The notes beneath the pieces are model-generated. The model did no database searches, was not told where the DNA came from, and saw nothing but the letters and a program-made list of their open reading frames with translations. Source: Macrostomum hystrix (taxonomy: Eukaryota > Animalia > Platyhelminthes). Taken from it: 64,000 bases of DNA. The translations under genes and the position numbers were made by a program. Below are positions 36,265-50,339 of this stretch, piece by piece. Numbering within the stretch: the first letter of the stretch is position 1; each line of letters starts with the position of its first letter. The stretch spans positions 14,384,001 through 14,448,000 of the forward strand of contig CATNEN010000038.1 of assembly GCA_950097015.1 (NCBI GenBank), read 5' to 3'.

Positions 36265-38081
36265 TCATTGTAGATGTAGCTAAATTGCTTGTCGCATCTA
36301 TTGTGTAGCAAAACATTAGATTCCCCTGAAACTGGTCCAAATAAGGATGTATCATGATTGAACTAAAAAATGGCCCATTTACTGTCTGTAATTTTCATCG
36401 ATGGGACCTCTATTATCTAAATAAGCTGTGACCAATCAGATATAAAAGCTGATTTGGAGTGGGGCTGTGGGGCTTTGGGGGCAGAGAAATGTGGCGGTCA
36501 GATTGGCCAAGCCAATCACAATCGCGCGAACACAGACTCGATAGAACTGTAAGTACTGTAAGCAATCAGACAAAGTTACCCTCGCAATTTACCAGAATAG
36601 AGCAACGAAACAAAAAATCTGTTACCAGAAGCAGAAGTAAAAGCTTATCTTAAATATTGCTAACGGATGTGTGTATACAATAGGCTATTAATAATAGGAC
36701 TGTATAGAAAAGCCGTCACGCAGCGAGGAATAGGATGAGAGAGAAAGAAGATAAAATCCTTGCTAATCGAGGCTAAACAGTACTCCTTAAGCTAGAAGTA
36801 TCACATTCGTCTCATTATGTGAACCTACCTTCTGCAGGTCTCCCACACTTGACTGACATAAAAAGATCCTATATATATTAGTGCCCTAGCTAAACAATCT
36901 ATTCAGCTCTTCTAGTGATAACTATTGGCAATAAATCCTGCTACTCGAAGAAGGCAGTGGGAACTGATGCAGAATAGTGATAAAAGTACATTTCTGCTTG
37001 AGTCAAGTTCGCAATAGCACGAAAATATGATTTTCATTTATATGCAAAAACCCAAGCCAGGTGGGTCTCTTTGTGGGGCTGTAGTGTTCAGTGCTTATGC
37101 CAAAAATTGATTTTTATTGATTTGCGGGTCATGCTTTCCAAATGCTTTCTAACTTTGCTTTCAAACTGGAAAACATGCGTGACATTGACAGATGAGAACT
37201 AGCTCGCATGGGAGATGGGAGAACGGGCAATTTTCTCCAAGTGGTCTCGCGGGAACTGCCACTGTGAGCACTGGATACGGTTTGAGCACTAAAATGTGCC
37301 TTCAAAGCTAAGTGGAAATCGTTAAAACATTTTTATAGTCCGTATGGCATAGCAACTGCAGCTGTGCTTAAGCCAACTCAGATTGTTGACGACAAATTTT
37401 TGCTATTAAAACTGTCGAGGCCACAGTTGGATCTGGGTGAAATGAAACACAATGGCATCAAGCGGCTTACTAAATAACAAAAATAAGATAAGACTTGAAC
37501 CCCAACCTTACTGTAGGTATGACACAATCAACTCGTAGGTCAGTGTGCTTCTATCAGTGATAAAATTTTATGAAGGTCAACCATTCCTTACAGTACAGTT
37601 CGCTAAAGACATAAATTTATTTATCACAAAATACTTTATATTTACAGTTTGACTATAAAGTAAAATTAACATCAGCAACAATGCAGCAATAGAACGAAAA
37701 TGGAAGTGCAACTTGCCCTTTGTTTCTATGCAACAGTTTAAATTTACAATCTAAGCAATCATATTACTACGAATAACGAATGGCAGTTTTAACCATACTA
37801 CTTACAGTCAGTTTACCTTAGTAGTATCATTCATCAAACAGCTACTTAAAATAAATTCTGGAGAAAATTAACTTAAAAACAAAAGTAACTTAACAGCATT
37901 TTAGTGCATTTTTTGTTTTAATTTGATTGGAAGACATTGAAATCATTGACAGAAAATTTTAATACTTTCCTTTTTTACAACTTCGATTCAATTATAAGGA
38001 AAGTATTTGTGCATTCAGGCATGACACCTAAATACATAAGTTGCTTTAAAACCGACAACTTTAAAATGGGTATTGAATGCG

Positions 38082-38290
38082 GTGTGTTTATCTGTCCTGA
38101 CTTTCTCATCCTCGGGCAGAGTACACTCTCACTTTGCCTTGGGCCCTCAAGGGCGTAAATTGCACGACAAGCCCCCAAGCCTTCTCTCGGTGGCTGCGCC
38201 CCAAATGATGAATGTGGCCTCACCGCGGAATTGAGCTCAGGGACCTTGGCACGAGAGGCTAATGTGTTAACCGCTCTGCCACCGACCCTC
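38082..38290 (-). mobile_element. SINE family 2, 3'-truncated copy just downstream of the protocadherin stop
   Basis: Head GGGTCGGTGGCAGAGCGG and the shared body. Confidence 0.8.
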
Positions 38291-38358
38291 TAAGTAAGCT
38301 GATGCATTTCATTATGTTGTGTAAGCAAAAAAATCAACGCTTAAAATGGTTCAATGGA

Positions 38359-41300
38359 TCAGACAAAACTGCTCGTCAGATAGGGACTGCCGCTGACATA
38401 GCCGCTTCCGGCTGTCGATGTGGGCGACCCGAGACTCCGCTGACGTTGCCGATGCTGCTGCTGCTGTTGCTGTCGCTGCAGCGCTGTGCGCGGCTGTCTG
38501 GCTGAGGTAGCGAATCGGGCGTCCCGCCCGCATTCTCGCAGCACAGCAGCGGCTGTTCTAGCTGGCTTACTTGAGCTGCCTTCGTCCACCAGGTAGCGAA
38601 TAGTCTGGTAGAGCTCGTGCTGCTGACGTCCGGCATCTCGATCGCGATCACGACGGCGCGTATCGGCTGATGCTGGCCTCGCCGAGCAGTCGCCAGCCAG
38701 GTGTTGACGGGCTGTTAAATAGTAGCAGCCAGATTGGTAGTTCTCTCCGTCGTCTTCTTCGTCAGTATCTGGGTGCCGCTCCAAATTCGTACAATCTGCA
38801 TCGCCGTCTGCGACTGCCGAGACAGCGGCGGCTGTGGCGGTATGTTTTTAATGCAGAAAGGTTATAATATTTTCTAGAGACCGTTGAGGATCTGAATCAT
38901 ACTACTGACCAGTAGAAAGTAATGCGTAATGAAAGTAATGCGATAGCTGTCAGCTCACTTACCGCAGGATCCTCTCATCGTCCCTAGACGATCGTCATAG
39001 AAACCAACAGTTGGCTGCGCGCCCTGATTTATAGCCTGTTAAATGAGGAATTTACCATAGACTGTTCTGCTTTTTCAGTAAAAGTGACGTAAAAAAGTAA
39101 AAGCGAAGTAGTTTAGTTCAGTTAAAAGCGTAGCATGGCTAACTGCCATCAGTACTGCAATAAATGTCACTCACGTCTTCGCGTTTCGTCAAGCTGGCCG
39201 CAAAGCTGCCATCGACGCAGGCCGCGCGCAACGGCCTGCAGGCCTCCTGGTGGCTGCCGGATCGGCCGCGAATAAAATCCAGGCGGGCGCTCAGCCATCC
39301 TGATTTGAAGTGGCCAGAATTGCGGGGGGAGGCAAAGGATTTTATTGATTTTGATTTGCAGTGACTATGGGCAACTGTGGCACATCATTTGTAGACAGTC
39401 GACACCCTGTCAATAAAGAGGCCCTCTGTCCGTCCCGCTGACGCCTGAGCACATACAGTCACATGGATCACTGTGTGAGGCACACACTCAGACAGATACC
39501 ATTCAATAATTTACCATGCCTTGGCGGTTGGTCCTCATGGGCGTTAATTTCGTAAAAAAACCTTAAATTCTGGGTTTTTTCGGTTCAGATACGTTAGCCC
39601 GTACCTTATCCTATCCTATTCATGCATCAAGAATTGACCGCTAAAAAGAAAAGCAACTAGCCTCTAGATAAGTCAAATTACTTGTCATTCGGTGGGTTGT
39701 GGAGAACCAAAAAGTTAACGCGAGAACCGACAGCTCTACACCCAGACAGCAAAGTGGGATCAGAGGAGGGGCCATCTGTCAAAACAGTTGATGCCGTCTC
39801 GAGTGGACGCGCCTCAGCAGGAAGGAGGGGGCGGTCAGTTTCAGTTTTAGAACGGCAGAGGTGGATTGTAGTTAAAAGATAAAATAGGGAGCGAATTCAC
39901 TGATATGTGGAAACGCCTATAACATGGAAGCTTTGACAACAGCTGACTCGAGAAAAAGTTCCTAAGATGTGCACTAATCCTGGCGGCTGTGTATAGTCCC
40001 ATTGCTAAAATGTTTCGGCAACAGAATCCAACTGCGCACTCGTCCCCCGTTTGGGGCAAACACATTCAGCCGAAACCACAAGCCGTAAGTGACACAGCTA
40101 CAGGTCAAGCTTTTTGTACCGTCTAAAGGAAGAACCTGGAAGCTAAAGCTAATTCCTATTTCTGTCTTTTACGCAGGCCTCGTTTGAAATCTTTTTAACC
40201 TACCTGGGCTGGAGCCAGTCAATATATAATGGATTGGACAGTATCGTGCTGTTTGAAATATTGTCTTCTCGATATAAGATTCTTTGGTTCGATGCGGAAT
40301 TACAAAATAATGCGGCACAGTGGGTGGTTGGAGGGCTGCAACGGATGGGGAAGGATGGGGAAGGAGATAAATGGGTTCAGGAAAAGAAACTAGCTGTGTT
40401 AGGAGCTTTGTTTGATGGCTAAGCTTCAATGAACATCTGGTTGAAAATGAGCGTAAGCTCTTGATAGCTTATATCCTTCCTTCAGGTTGAATGAAAGAGT
40501 GACTGAAGGAAAACTATGAAGCAGTGTAACTGATTACTTTAACTAACCAGTGGCGGCAGTTGAAGTCCCTTTTCTTCTGTTGCCGCCAACAGCTGCAGGG
40601 ACGGTGGCGGCATGAGCCGACGCGTTCCTGGCTGACGCGGGCTGGATGTAGTAGCAGAAATAGGCAGCCAGAAGAACCAGGCAGAGCAGCACCAAGAAGG
40701 CAAGCAGAACGCACACCGTGACGATGATCATTTCCGGTGGGCCGCGCCTACTGACCCAGTTGGTGTCACCAGTGCCACTGTCACTGAAGCCAGCGTCGCC
40801 AACGCGACCTCGACCTCGACTGCGATCGCTGACGAATCGAATGCGCAGTTTCTGCCGCGAAGACCGCGGCTCCCGACCGCCATCCGTGGCCGTCAATGGC
40901 AGCAGACACTCACTTCCGGCTCGACCACTCGCGATTGGTCCAGCTAGAGTCACGTGACCTTGCGCCGGATCTAATCGGAAGAGGCCCGGCTCGCAGATCG
41001 GACCACCATCAGATCCAGCGTCAATGGAAAATGTCACCTCGCCGTTAGCGCCCTCGTCATCGTCAACAGCAGTGACTTTGGCCACAGTGGCGCCAGGTCT
41101 TTCGCTGACGCTGACATTTAACGAGGTGTTGCTGCCACCGAGGCCGCTAGGAAAGACAAATCGGGGCGTGTTATCATTCTCGTCGAGTACATCGATGCGT
41201 ACGGCAGCTAGACCGGTTCTTCGCGGCTGTCCGAGGTCGCGTGCCTCCACCAGCAGATGATAAGCCGCCTGCCGCTCCCTGTCGAGACCGGGACCACCAG

Positions 41301-44300
41301 TCACGAAGACCCGGCCGTCTGGTGAGACGCCAAAAGCTGTTCGATGATGTTGCGGGCCTCCAGGTTGCCCGGAGCGCAGCGAGAATACAAGACGGCCATT
41401 ATCACCAGCGTCTGGGTCGTGGGCTTCGATTCTGCCGAGACTGCGGCCACCTGGGTCGTTTTCTGACACCTGAAAAGTATAGTTCCCTGGAAACTGTGGC
41501 GAGTTATCATTCTCGTCAGCGATATTGATGACGACCTGGACCTGCGCTGTCAGTGTTGGATTTCCAGCGTCCGTAGCTCTGATTGTGCAACGAATTGATG
41601 CGTTTGACTCGCGGTCGAATGAAACCTTAGGAAAGGGGTCAAGTTTTTTTCTTTTTTAACCCAAAGAGATGCAAAATAGTGGATATTGATGTCAGTAGAG
41701 CTCCAATATCGAACTTTTACCTTGGAGTACACGGTTGCATTCAGCTCGCCAATGCCGATGAGGCGTTCGCAGTCCTCGGCTACGCTGTAGAGAGTCCGGC
41801 CGTTGTTAGGCTCGTCTGCATCGCTGGCCGGAAGTCGCCCGATGCGCGTTCCGGGTGGCGCGTTCTCTCTCAGCAGCGGCAGCAGTCGGCTGACCAGCTC
41901 GGGCCCCGGGAAGACGGGCGGCGAGTCGTTGACGTCTTCAACGGTGACGGTGAAATTCGCGGTACTAGAGGCATCGTCGGAATCCGAGCAGGTCAAAGAG
42001 AGGGCATGGACGGCCTGTTGTTCGCGGTCCAGGCTGCGAACTGTTTGCAGCTGCAACAAAAGCGCCTGACTGCCCTGAATGCCGTCAGAACCAGACAGTC
42101 GGGTTAAGCTGAACGAGTCTGTCCGGCTGTTGAACGCGTCCAGATCGCAATTGATGAATCTATTTCCGACGTCGCGATCTTTGACGTTGATGTAGCCGAC
42201 TGTTGCTATGGGTGGTGTGTTTTCCCTCACCCACAGGCCCGATTGGGAGTCGCTGAGCACCGTTATTTGTGGCGCATTGTCGTTAACGTCAGTTACCTAG
42301 GAGAAGGTAGAATGGAAGTCGGAGTGAGGACAATATAGAAATGGTAAGGTGTCAATACGTAATTTTTAGTCAAGTGAGGCTAACTTCGAATGATTTTGGT
42401 GTCGATATGGTTGGCAGAATTGTAAGATGACGTGAGCAGATGGGTAGGCTATTGGTCTCGTGAATCGAGTAGGGCAGTAGGCTATCCGCCTCGTTTGAAA
42501 ATCTGGAAATCTGGGTCTGCATTTTTGAAAGTGCTAAGCCAGTGAGTAAGCAATCTCAGAGAAAGTAAATGCATTGCACTGAGAATGTCACTAAGAAGGC
42601 TTAGTGAAACCTTCCAACAGCTTCAATGCATCAATTACGGCCGGTGTGAAAGGATTTTAGCAAATTATTTCTGTTTGTGCGTTTTTTGCCAATCGATTAG
42701 CAGACTTGATAGAGCCGCAATTTTCTACACAGCTAACACCTGCTAAACTGAGCCACGCCTACATTCTGAAGCGAATTTCTGCTTTCTGCAATCGATTTTT
42801 TGTACCTAGAGCTTTCTGACAAAAAAATTGCGTGTTACAGTTAAAAGCCGCGTCGACAAAAACCTGTTTCGTTGATCTATCAAAAACTTCATTGTAGATT
42901 TGAAAATTTAAAACCAGCCACAGAGAGAGGGCCTATGCTGGCCTTTTTGGGAGAGCCAATTACCTGCCTAGTCAACATTTTTGGACCAGAAAGCTTTTTT
43001 TCATTAGTGGCCGTGAGTACTTCTTACAAAGAAAAACATACATTTGTCTTACACCTACTCAATCATGAGTTAATAGGGTAATTCAGAAACCTAATTCAAG
43101 CGGAAGTACGAGTATTAAACTGCCCAGTAGCCCTGTGATTCCTCTGTCCAAACTGAGTTTCAGTGAAGTTGCTCAAACAATGCTTGAGTAGCATTGGCAT
43201 TGCATCATTGCAGATGAGCTCACAACAGTTACGACGATCTGAGCGGATGTGACCTAGCTACTTGACTGAAGAGAAAAATTGTATAATTTCTGTTGCAGCG
43301 ACTGCTGCATAGCCCGCGCCGTCTTCCGGTATTTTATTAGCTCCGCGTTTGCCGCAACTCCAGAATTTCTTGCTAGCTTGGTTTGCATTTCCTTTTCCTG
43401 TCTTGCCATCATTCATTTTGCATTCTCATAACATAGTCGTGGTGTAGCTAGAACCCATTCTAGCTAATTCGTTTGGTCTAAAAGTATGGCCAGTATAACC
43501 TCACTTACCCTGACCAAATTCGTCTCATTCATTTTATTTTTGTTACGACAGTCAAAAGATTGTAGCCCTGTGGTATGCTTTGAGTTTGCAGTCGGTATGT
43601 TGTGAGTTTGTAGTCGGTGTGTTGTGAGTTTTTAGTCGGTAAGTTGTGAGTTTTTAGTCGGTGTGTTGTGAGTTTGTAGTCGGTATGTTGTGAGTTTTTA
43701 GTCGGTATGTTGTGACTTTTTAGTCGGTGTGTTGTGAGTTTGTAGTCGGTATGTTGTGGGTTTTAGTCGGTGTGTTGTGAGTTTGTAGTCGGTATGTTGT
43801 GAGTTTTTAGTCGGTGTGTTGTGAGTTTTTAGTCGGTATGTTGTGAGTTTGTAGTCGGTATGTTGTGAGTTTTTAGTCGGTATGTTGTGACTTTTTAGTC
43901 GGTGTGTTGTGAGTTTGTAGTCGGTATGTTGTGAGTTTGTAGTCGGTATGTTGTGAGTTTTTAGTCGGTGTGTTGTGAGTTTTTAGTCGGTGTGTTGTGA
44001 GTTTTTAGTCGGTGTGTTGTGAGTTTTTAGTCGGTGTGTGTGAGTTTTTAGTCGGTGTGTTGTGAGTTTTTAGTCGGTATGTTGTGAGTTTGTAGTCGGT
44101 ATTTTGTGAGTTTTTAGTCGGTATGTTGTGAGTTTGTAGTCGGTATGTTGTGAGTTTTTAGTCGGTATGTTGTGAGTTTGTAGTCGGTGTGTTGTGAGTT
44201 TGTAGTCGGTGTGTTGTGAGTTTGTAGTCGGTATGTTGTGAGTTTGTAGTCGGTATGTTGTGAGTTTTTAGTCGGTGTGTTGTGACTTTTTAGTCGGTGT

Positions 44301-45565
44301 GTTGTGAGTTTGTAGTCGGTGTGTTGTGAGTTTGTTGGTCCCTCTGGGTAAAGTTTAGCCGTTTATTCAGGACGATGCGACTCACCATCACCCTGACGAT
44401 GGACACGGCTGTTTTGGACGTCGGGCCGTGGTTGTCGGATACGCTGACAAAGATTTCATACTTCTGCTGCGTCTCAGCGTCAAGTGGCGCCGTGAGGCGG
44501 ATCTCGCCGCTGCGACGGTTGATGTCAAACGGCAGGCAGCTGGAGACCAGTTGAGGCTGCTGCGGACAATCGTAGCTGGCGATGCTGAAGCTCAGTGGCC
44601 TCGCGAAGTTGTCCTTGTCTGTGGCGCTCATCCGCAGCACTACAGAGTCCACCGATGTGTTCTCGGGTATCTGGTTATGGCAGGAAACTTTTCGCTGTGA
44701 TTTTACGATAAATAAATCCAAGATCACAGTATATATTCTTGCTCTAACTGACCTCCAACTGTGGATCCTTCGGTGTGAGCTCTGGATCAAAGCTGTTTAC
44801 ATTGACAACGCTCAGCTCCACAGTGAACGTGCTTGTGAGGCTAGGCATGCCACGGTCGTGAGCCAGCACAGGGATTCTTATGAAGTCAGGATCCACTTCC
44901 AGGTTAATGTTGCCGACCACCTGCAGAACAGGACCGCGCAGCAGATCCAGCGGCTGGCTGGTCAGGCTGAACTTGGCGAAACCCTCCTCACCGGGCAGAC
45001 TGTAGGCCACGCTGCCGTTCTCACCAGCGTCAGGATCAACTGCTCTTGGCAGCTGGAATCGGGCTGATTGGTCGTGCTCTTGCACACTGGCCTTCATCCT
45101 GGAGCCGGCACTGCGGAACTGCGGCGCATTGTCGTTGACGTCGGCAACCCGTATCGTCACAGTGATTGGCAGCATGCGGGATGGTCGATTGGTTGAGTCG
45201 CCGCCACTGCCGCCGCTGCGCCATGTTACCTGCAGCTTCAGGGTGCATGCGGTCGCCAGTCCTCTACACTGCGCCAGTCCTTCGCGATCAATGCGGCCTG
45301 CCGTGACCAGCTGACCGCTGACTGAGTCCACTCTGAACAGGCTGGCTGTGGAATCATTCACCTGTTGAAACCTGCCACCAGAAGATTTCCCAGTGACCAG
45401 AAGTGCCAGGCTACACACTAGAGTCCCCACCGGGGCCTCCTCTGTGACAGAGCAGGTCTGGGACAGCATCATGCTGTCTGTGATGACATCAGCGACGGAC
45501 AAGGCAGCGTGGAGAGCGAGAACAGCGACTGCAGCAACCAGGGCTCTTGCTGCTGCTGCTGGCAT
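38359..45565 (-). CDS. Protocadherin (7 EC repeats, TM, cytoplasmic tail), about 1140 aa; exons 44753-45565, 44386-44670, 41721-42296, 40548-41625, 39175-39299, 38963-39035, 38359-38831
   Basis: Signal peptide; repeated xEN/LDRE/AxDxG/DxNDNxP cadherin motifs; TM IIVTVCVLLAFLVLLCLVLLAAYFC. All introns are GT-AG with consistent phases (0,0,0,1,0,1). The protein ends in SSFV. Confidence 0.9.
43575..44336. repeat. 22-bp minisatellite (AGTCGGTATGTTGTGAGTTTKT) in protocadherin intron 2
   Basis: Tandem periodicity of 22. Confidence 0.95.
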
Positions 45566-48295
45566 ACCTGTCGATTGTAGAGAGTTTATTGGCAGGATTT
45601 GCTAGGCTATGAAATAAAATTGATTGCCGTATCAATTACCGTTGTTTCATTTGACCAAGTAACGATTGACTGCTCAAAAAAAATTCTGCCAGAAATTATG
45701 GACAATCGTCAAAAAACATCTCGACACAGCCGCGAAAAATTCTCCTTTAAAGAAGATTGAAAACATAAGAGGTGAAACTAGCTAACACCAGGAGCTGGGA
45801 TTTAATCCCATAATGCCTTCTTAGTCCCTCGGTGGATTAAGAGGCTTAAGCTTGCGCGAGACTTGTTGTAACACGCGTGACTGACCAGCTCAAGCCTGCT
45901 CAATCCAATTCGCACCTCCTCCGAGCTGCTCACCTTGTTCTGTCTCATTCACTTTTTTCGTTTACGAGGTCTTTCTCACCACGGCGAGAGGCGGCGTGCA
46001 GCAACCGTTTTTTGCCTCGAAAATTCTGCCTCGCATCCGGGAAATCTTGCGGCGCCCCGCCTACTCGCCCCCCCGGCCGAGGCAGGAAGATCTTGAGCGG
46101 CGCTCAAAATCTAGCACGTCTTGTTCCGGGGCGTATTTTTCATTCAACATTTTTTAGGCGGTCAAGTGTTTTCCTGCCCCTGTTCTCAGCACCGCTACCA
46201 GAGTCGACGCGGTAGATGAGCTGGCCACTGGCTGTAGCACTGCTGGGGCCCGAGGGAGCCCACTTCAACCTCTGCCCTCCATCCCACATCGAAATCCCCT
46301 TTAGCGCCTACATCCCCTCTAATGAGGAAGCGGGGGCGCCCTGAGCGCAACTCTGTATAACAAATCATGCGAGAGAGGTCTCACCAGCAGCAGCACTTCA
46401 TAACTCCCGTGCGCACTCTTCACCCAGCGAGTACCATCTCCTCCAGATCCTCTCTACTTCTCTCGCTGATCCCATATGGGGGACAACAGGCAAGCCTGTA
46501 AAATAAGGTAGTCAGCCTCTGCAACAACAATAACCTAGCTGAGAGGTGAGAACGGAAGTGAGCGCATTGGAACTCCCCAGACTCGCTGAGACTCACTTCC
46601 TCTTTTCCCACCAAGAGTTCTCGCTTTTTTTCATTCTCGCCACCTACTGCAGCGACATTTGCAACTTTTGCGCAGAAATGTTAATCCTCAGTATCTGCGC
46701 TAGGAATAGACAGAGCGAAGGGAAGTGCTGGAATGGTCCGCCTGAAATCTAGTCAACAATGGCTGGAGCCAAGGGAAATGCTGAACCATCGGAGGCCGTG
46801 TGTCTCTCTGACAGTTAGTAATGGAAAACCAAGCGAAAGCGAAGGCCCTGAGAGGTGGAAGAGAGCGGAACCAGATATGAAGGGTCGCAACTGAAAGCCG
46901 TGTTGTCAGGACCAGCTGTCTCTCCGTGCCACTCAGTCGCGTCTGATCCATCTAGATTCGGGAGCCCCCACTGTCCTCGAGTGAGTGTGTGTCGGTCTGC
47001 TTATCTCTGCTTAAATCAGGAATAGATGCGGAATGCTTTCAGAGCCGGATTCTGGTTGGACACTGTGTCACCGCAATGTCTTCCGTGCGCTAGCCACTAA
47101 AGCCACTAGATGTCGGTCATGAAACAAGTTTGTTGAATCACGGCCAATATTTTATGCGTATTTTACCTGTTAACCAGCCCCCTGTTTAGCCTTTTGGGCA
47201 GGTAACAAAGCTATCTGGTCTATAAAACCTCCCACTAAATTTTATGACCAAGCGCAGTCCGCGATTCAGTTCCACCCGGAACAGATTGCACGTGGGTGTC
47301 GAGATGAAAATCTATTTTCTCTCACGTAGTATTGCTGCAGTATGCATGCGGTGTTCACATTTAACATTTTCGCAGCGAAAATCAACCATAAATTTCGGTA
47401 GATAGATATCGTATTGGATATTGCCGATTGTTGCAGAAAAAGGCCATAGTCCATAGGGAGTCACTAAAAATAAAGCAATACTTTGTTTTACTCTGCGAGA
47501 AGCTAGAGTAAGCCAGCCACGCAGATATAACAAATCCTATTGTGTATAGAAAGTCCATAATTTTACAGATGCATGAAGAGAAAAATTAGTTTTAAGCAAG
47601 GATTTTTAGTCGCAGAACGTCAACGGACATTTTTATTTGGTTTGTGTCTGAAAGTTTGTCTGCTTTCAGGGTTTAGCTCTGCTAAACATGGGCACAGAGT
47701 TTACCTATTGTCCAGGTGCAGCTCAAATGATTGTGACAGGCATCAGGGAAAGTGAGAGGCGGATCCACAAAGGAAGCTTTAGTGCTTGCTGAGTGTTTGC
47801 AGTCGATCCGCTGTCAGTTAAGAGCTCACACAGCTGCAGCTACTTCACTGTGTCGTCTCTCTCCAGCTGAAATCAATCTCCTGTTTGAAATTCTCCTACT
47901 TGGAGTCAACAAGAGCAGCTAGGCAGATGGTGGCTTCTGAATGAAGCCTCCTGCACGACTATCAGAGATCAGATATTCATTTGTCTCACCTGTGAGCGCT
48001 TCTGGTGAATTGAATGAGTCCAATGCTTTGCTTATTGTTGTAATAATCGCTATTGTTGTGCTTCTTTTGCTTGGCTTGAATAACAAATCAGATAATATAG
48101 TTTTGAGGCTTAGCCAATTATAAACAGTCTTGGGGTCCATAGCCATCTTGTATTATAGAAAAAAACAGCCAATGGCTGATTCCGACCGCAATGTAATACA
48201 TTGGACTGAGCCAGAGAGCCAATCCCATTGCAACCAGCTGTGAAGCGCTTGGGTATGTTGAAGCACTCGGGCAACTACGAAGGAATACAGAATGT

Positions 48296-50125
48296 AGGGA
48301 AAAGGATGTGGTAGGAGTAGGGAGAGAGGATGTGGTAGGAGTAGGGAAAGAGGATACGGTAGGACTCAGGCAAGAGGATGTGGTGGGAGTAGGGAAAGAG
48401 GATGCGGTAGGACTAGGGCAAGAGGATGTGGTGGGAGTAGGGAAAGAGGATACGGTAGGACTAGGGGAAGAGGATGTGGTAGGAGTAGGGGAAGAGGATA
48501 CGAAAGGAGTAGTAAAGAGGATGTGGTAGGAGTAGGGGAAGAGGAAACGGTAGTAGTAGGGCAAGAGGATACTGAAAGAGTAGGGAAGAGGATACGGTAG
48601 TAGTAGGGCAAGAGGATACGGTAGTAGTAGGGGAAGAGGATACTGAAAGCGTAGGGAAGAGGATACGGTAGTAGTAGGGCAAGAGGATACGGTAGTAGTA
48701 GGGCAAGAGGATACGGTAGGAGTAGGGAAGAGGATGTGGTAGGAGTAGGGGAAGAGGATGTAGTAGGAGTAGGGAAGAGGATGTGGTAGGAGTAGGGGAA
48801 GAGGATGTGGTAGGAGTAGGGGAAGAGGATGTGGTAGGAGTAGGGGAAGAGGATACGGTAGGAGTTGGGAAAGAGTATACGGTAGTAGTAGGGAAGAGGA
48901 TGCGGTAGGAGTAGGGGAAGAGGATGTGGTAGGAGTAGGGGATTGAAGATGCGGTCGGAGTAGGGGAAGAGGATACGGTAGGAGTAGGGAAGAGGATGTG
49001 GTAGGAGTAAGGGAAGAGGATGTGGTAGGAGTAGGGAAGAGGATGTGGTAGGAGTAGGGAAGAGGATGTGGTAGGAGTAGGGAAGAGGATGTGGTAGGAG
49101 TAGAGGAAGAGGATGCGGTAGGAGTAGGGGAAGAGGATGTGGTAGGAGTAGGGAAGAGGATGTGGTACGAGTATGGGAACAGGATACGGTAGGAGTTGGG
49201 GAAGAGGATACGGTAGTAGTAGGGAAGAGGATGCGGTAGGAGTAGGGGAAGAGGATGTGGTAGGAGTAGGGGAAGAGGATACGGTCGGAGTAGGGGAAGA
49301 GGATACGGTAGGAGTAGGGAAGAGGATGTGGTAGGAGTAAGGGAAGAGGATGTGGTAGGAGTAGGGAAGAGGATGTGGTAGGAGTAGGGAAGAGGATGTG
49401 GTAGGAGTAGAGGAAGAGGATGCGGTAGGAGTAGGGGAAGAGGATGTGGTAGGAGTAGAGGAAGAGGATGCGGTAGGAGTAGGGGAAGAGGATGTGGTAG
49501 GAGTAGGGGAAGAGGATGTGGTAGGAGTAGGGAAGAGGATGTGGTAGGAGTAGGGAAGAGGATACGGTAGGAGTAGGGAAGAGGATGTGGTAGGAGTAGA
49601 GGAAGAGGATGCGGTAGGAGTAGGGAAGAGGATGCTGTAGGAGTAGAGGAAGAGGATGCGGTAGGAGTAGGGAAGAGGATGCTGTAGGAGTAGAGGAAGA
49701 GGATGTGGTAGGAGTAGGGAAGAGGATGCGGTCGGAGTAGGGGAAGAGGATACGGTAGGAGTAGGGAAGAGGATGTGGTAGGAGTAGGGGAAGAGGATGT
49801 GGTAGGAGTAAGGGAAGAGGATGTGGTAGGAGTAGAGGAAGAGGATGCGGTAGGAGTAGGGGAAGAGGATGTGGTAGGAGTAGGGGAAGAGGATGTGGTA
49901 GGAGTAGAGGAAGAGGATGCGGTAGGAGTAGGGGAAGAGGATGTGGTAGGAGTAGGGGATTGAAGATGCGGTCGGAGTAGGGGAAGAGGATACGGTAGGA
50001 GTAGGGAAGAGGATGTGGTAGGAGTAGGGGAAGGGGATACGGTAGGAGTTGGGGAAGAGGATACGGTAGTAGTAGGGGAAGAGGATACGGAAGGAGTAGG
50101 GAAAGAGGATGTGGTAGGTGAAAAG
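48296..50125. repeat. Purine-rich 23/24-bp minisatellite (GGTAGGAGTAGGGGAAGAGGATGT)
   Basis: Tandem periodicity; it explains the PTTSSS and LLLPHP pseudo-ORFs. Confidence 0.95.
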
Positions 50126-50207
50126 AATGTGAGAGTAGAAATTGTACAGCTTGAAGTCGTGAGTCGCGGGGACTGGCATGATACTTGCCTCCGCTGCTAT
50201 TATACAA

Positions 50208-50335
50208 TTTGTGCCCTTTAGCACGACACTTAGCTCTGCATTGAACGACACCCAGTTCACCCAGCCTTTAAATTTAGCTGGGGTAATTGAGGGTGAGTGT
50301 GGCGTCGCCCCCAGTCCATGGATCCTCTTTCCCTA
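50208..50335 (+). mobile_element. SINE family 1 internal fragment between two purine arrays
   Basis: GTGCCCTTTAGCACGACACTTAGCTCTGCA matches the reverse complement of 15-45; CAGTTCACCCAGC...CCCAGTCCATGGA matches 51730-51812. Confidence 0.65.
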
Positions 50336-50339
50336 CCAT

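Noticed and set aside
47990-48276. Coding exon on the minus strand (acceptor and donor present)
   Set aside because: No continuous recognisable frame; at most a non-coding 5'UTR exon.
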